Assembly (NCBI GenBank): GCA_026023565.1
Contig: JAPETS010000037.1
Location: 186,001-250,000, forward strand
Direction of reading: 5' to 3'
Length of the DNA: 64,000 bases
DNA from: Cirrosporium novae-zelandiae
Lineage: Eukaryota
This document shows, in pieces, positions 62,236 through 64,000 of the stretch; position 1 is the stretch's first letter, and the number at the start of each line of letters is the position of its first letter. A program made the translations under genes and the position numbers. The notes beneath the pieces are model-generated. The model was given only the letters and a program-made list of their open reading frames with translations, was not told where the DNA came from and did no database searches.

Positions 62236-63067
62236 TGATGGCCAAAGGCTGCTGCAAGCAAGCGCCACGCATCAGCATTACTTCGAATCTTTGTCACTAT
62301 TCATATAATTAAAAGTGTCGGCCGCATGATGTCATCCACTCGATTTTCTCGGAAAGCCCCTCTTGAATATTTCATGTCCAGACGCATCGAAACGGCCGGG
62401 TTTCCTATATATACACATTTTCATGCAAAGCAGCTCTATTTAAGTGTCATCTTCTAAACCATAATGGCGTATCGTGGGGGCTGGCTGGGCTTAATTCACA
62501 TGGACAGAAAGTGAACATCATTCACCGATACGGTACATCTAGAGGATGTTTTTTTTCTTCACAAACAACCGCATCAACAACCAAGGGAAAAAAATACAGC
62601 AGAGGGATCCAAGATACCCCAAAACAAAACCCCAAATCTTTGGTCAAGGGTAGCAAGGGAGAGAGAGAAAGGGAGGGAGGGATATATTTTATGTGTAAAG
62701 GGACAATTAATCGGCCTAAGGGGGTTTGGGAGTTTGGGTTATGGGAGGGGGAAGGCAAGCCAAGGGATCATAGGATTTGGGGTTGATTATGGGATGAGAG
62801 GGGATGGATGGGGTGGGGAGACGGGAAACGGCAAAGTCGAAACCTCAGGATTGGGTTTTTTCTTTTTCCATTATTTTTGCTTTCCACTTTCTTTTTAACA
62901 ATTTTCCTTCCCTTTGTCGTTTTCCTTTTTTGTTTTTTTGTTTTTTTTTTTGCGACTTCTACACTTTGATGGAATCGATTGACACCAAAAATCAAATCGA
63001 ATCAACCTAAATAGGGGTGGGGGGGCGGAGTTTGATACTTGCCATACCATAAACACACTTTGCCATA

Positions 63068-63153
63068 CCAACTACCTACTACCAACTACCTACTACCAAC
63101 TACCAACTACTACCTACTACTATTACTACTACTACTACTACTACTATCTACCT
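63068..63153. repeat. Compound (ACT)n/(CTAC)n microsatellite
   Basis: caactacctactaccaactacc... followed by an (ACT)n run. Confidence 0.8.
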
Positions 63154-64000
63154 ACGCACTCCGAGAGAAAGGAAATGGGAAGTGGAAACGAGGAATTAAT
63201 GAAAAATGGGGATTATTATAATGAGATTCTTTTTTTAAAGATCCTATCTAAGGAGCGTTTTTTTTTTGGATTCCCTCATTTTCTCTCTCCCTCTCTTCCC
63301 CCCCCCCCCCTTCGAATTTTGAGACAGACAGACCTTCCTTTTATAATACTCCCCCGAAAGCAAAGAAGGCAAAAAAAAAATCCAAAGATTAAAGAAGAAG
63401 AAGTTTTCTCTCTCTCTATCTCTATCTTTATACCCTTACTCCTTTACCCCCACACCCACCATTATATTACGCTACCTACTTACCTGCCTACCTATTTACC
63501 CTAAATAGAAACGCCTAGGCATTGCATAGGATAGCATAGCGAGAGCGATGCTAGAGAGTACCTAGGTAGTTACGTTGCGCACGCACGCATATACACACGC
63601 ACCATACTTGGGAGCCGTTGTGGATATGTGTGTGTATATGTGTGCGCGCATGCGGATTGAATGGATTTCTTGAAAGAGGAAAGAAAGAAAAATAAGAAAT
63701 AAGAATATTTTTCTATATAGAAAAAAACAAATTGATATAGATATATATGTAAATATGAAAACACACAATAACCCTTTTTAATTTTTTTTTCCATCATCTT
63801 CATCTTCATCTTCTCCTAGTTAAGTTGGCCTGACTCAACTAACTCATTTCATTTACCCAACCAATTTAATAACCAACCCCCCCAACCCAGCCCCTCACAT
63901 CTCAAATCTCAAATCTCCCATCTCACATCTCAGAAATAAACCCCCCTGCCATCCCCATCCCCGTCCCAACACACATACTAACAACCAGAACCTTCCCCCC

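Overview
Eukaryotic, gene-dense genomic DNA from a filamentous ascomycete (Pezizomycotina-type short GT-AG introns with CTRAY branch sites; species not determinable). I can support about 24 protein-coding loci: a GPI-anchored Ser/Thr/Pro repeat protein, DML1/misato, an AhpC/TSA-like redoxin, RPS5, a coiled-coil protein, a MoaA-MoaC (MOCS1/cnxABC/nit-7-type) locus, RNase Z (TRZ1), a bZIP factor, an orphan-ORF island (about 23.4-30.2 kb), a multi-TM membrane protein, CENP-X/MHF2, an SDR divergent from a bZIP-DUF3425 gene, GPI3, DBP6, a small Gly-rich protein, a Poa1/TARG1 macrodomain protein, a Zn2Cys6 factor, SEC65, a class III aminotransferase, TAF4, YSH1 and a LAMMER kinase. I found no tRNA, rRNA, CRISPR array or recognisable transposon. 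Best leads: (1) a 28-codon, Arg-rich, AUG-less in-frame extension of RNase Z that looks like a non-AUG mitochondrial presequence; (2) a splice donor inside the MoaA Gly-Gly-stop codons that switches between free MoaA and a MoaA-MoaC fusion; (3) a Dbp6 with several altered RNA-binding motifs; (4) a recurring intergenic AACTAC/palindrome motif family; (5) C-rich to G-rich strand flips at convergent gene ends. All calls were made by eye, with no database searches.
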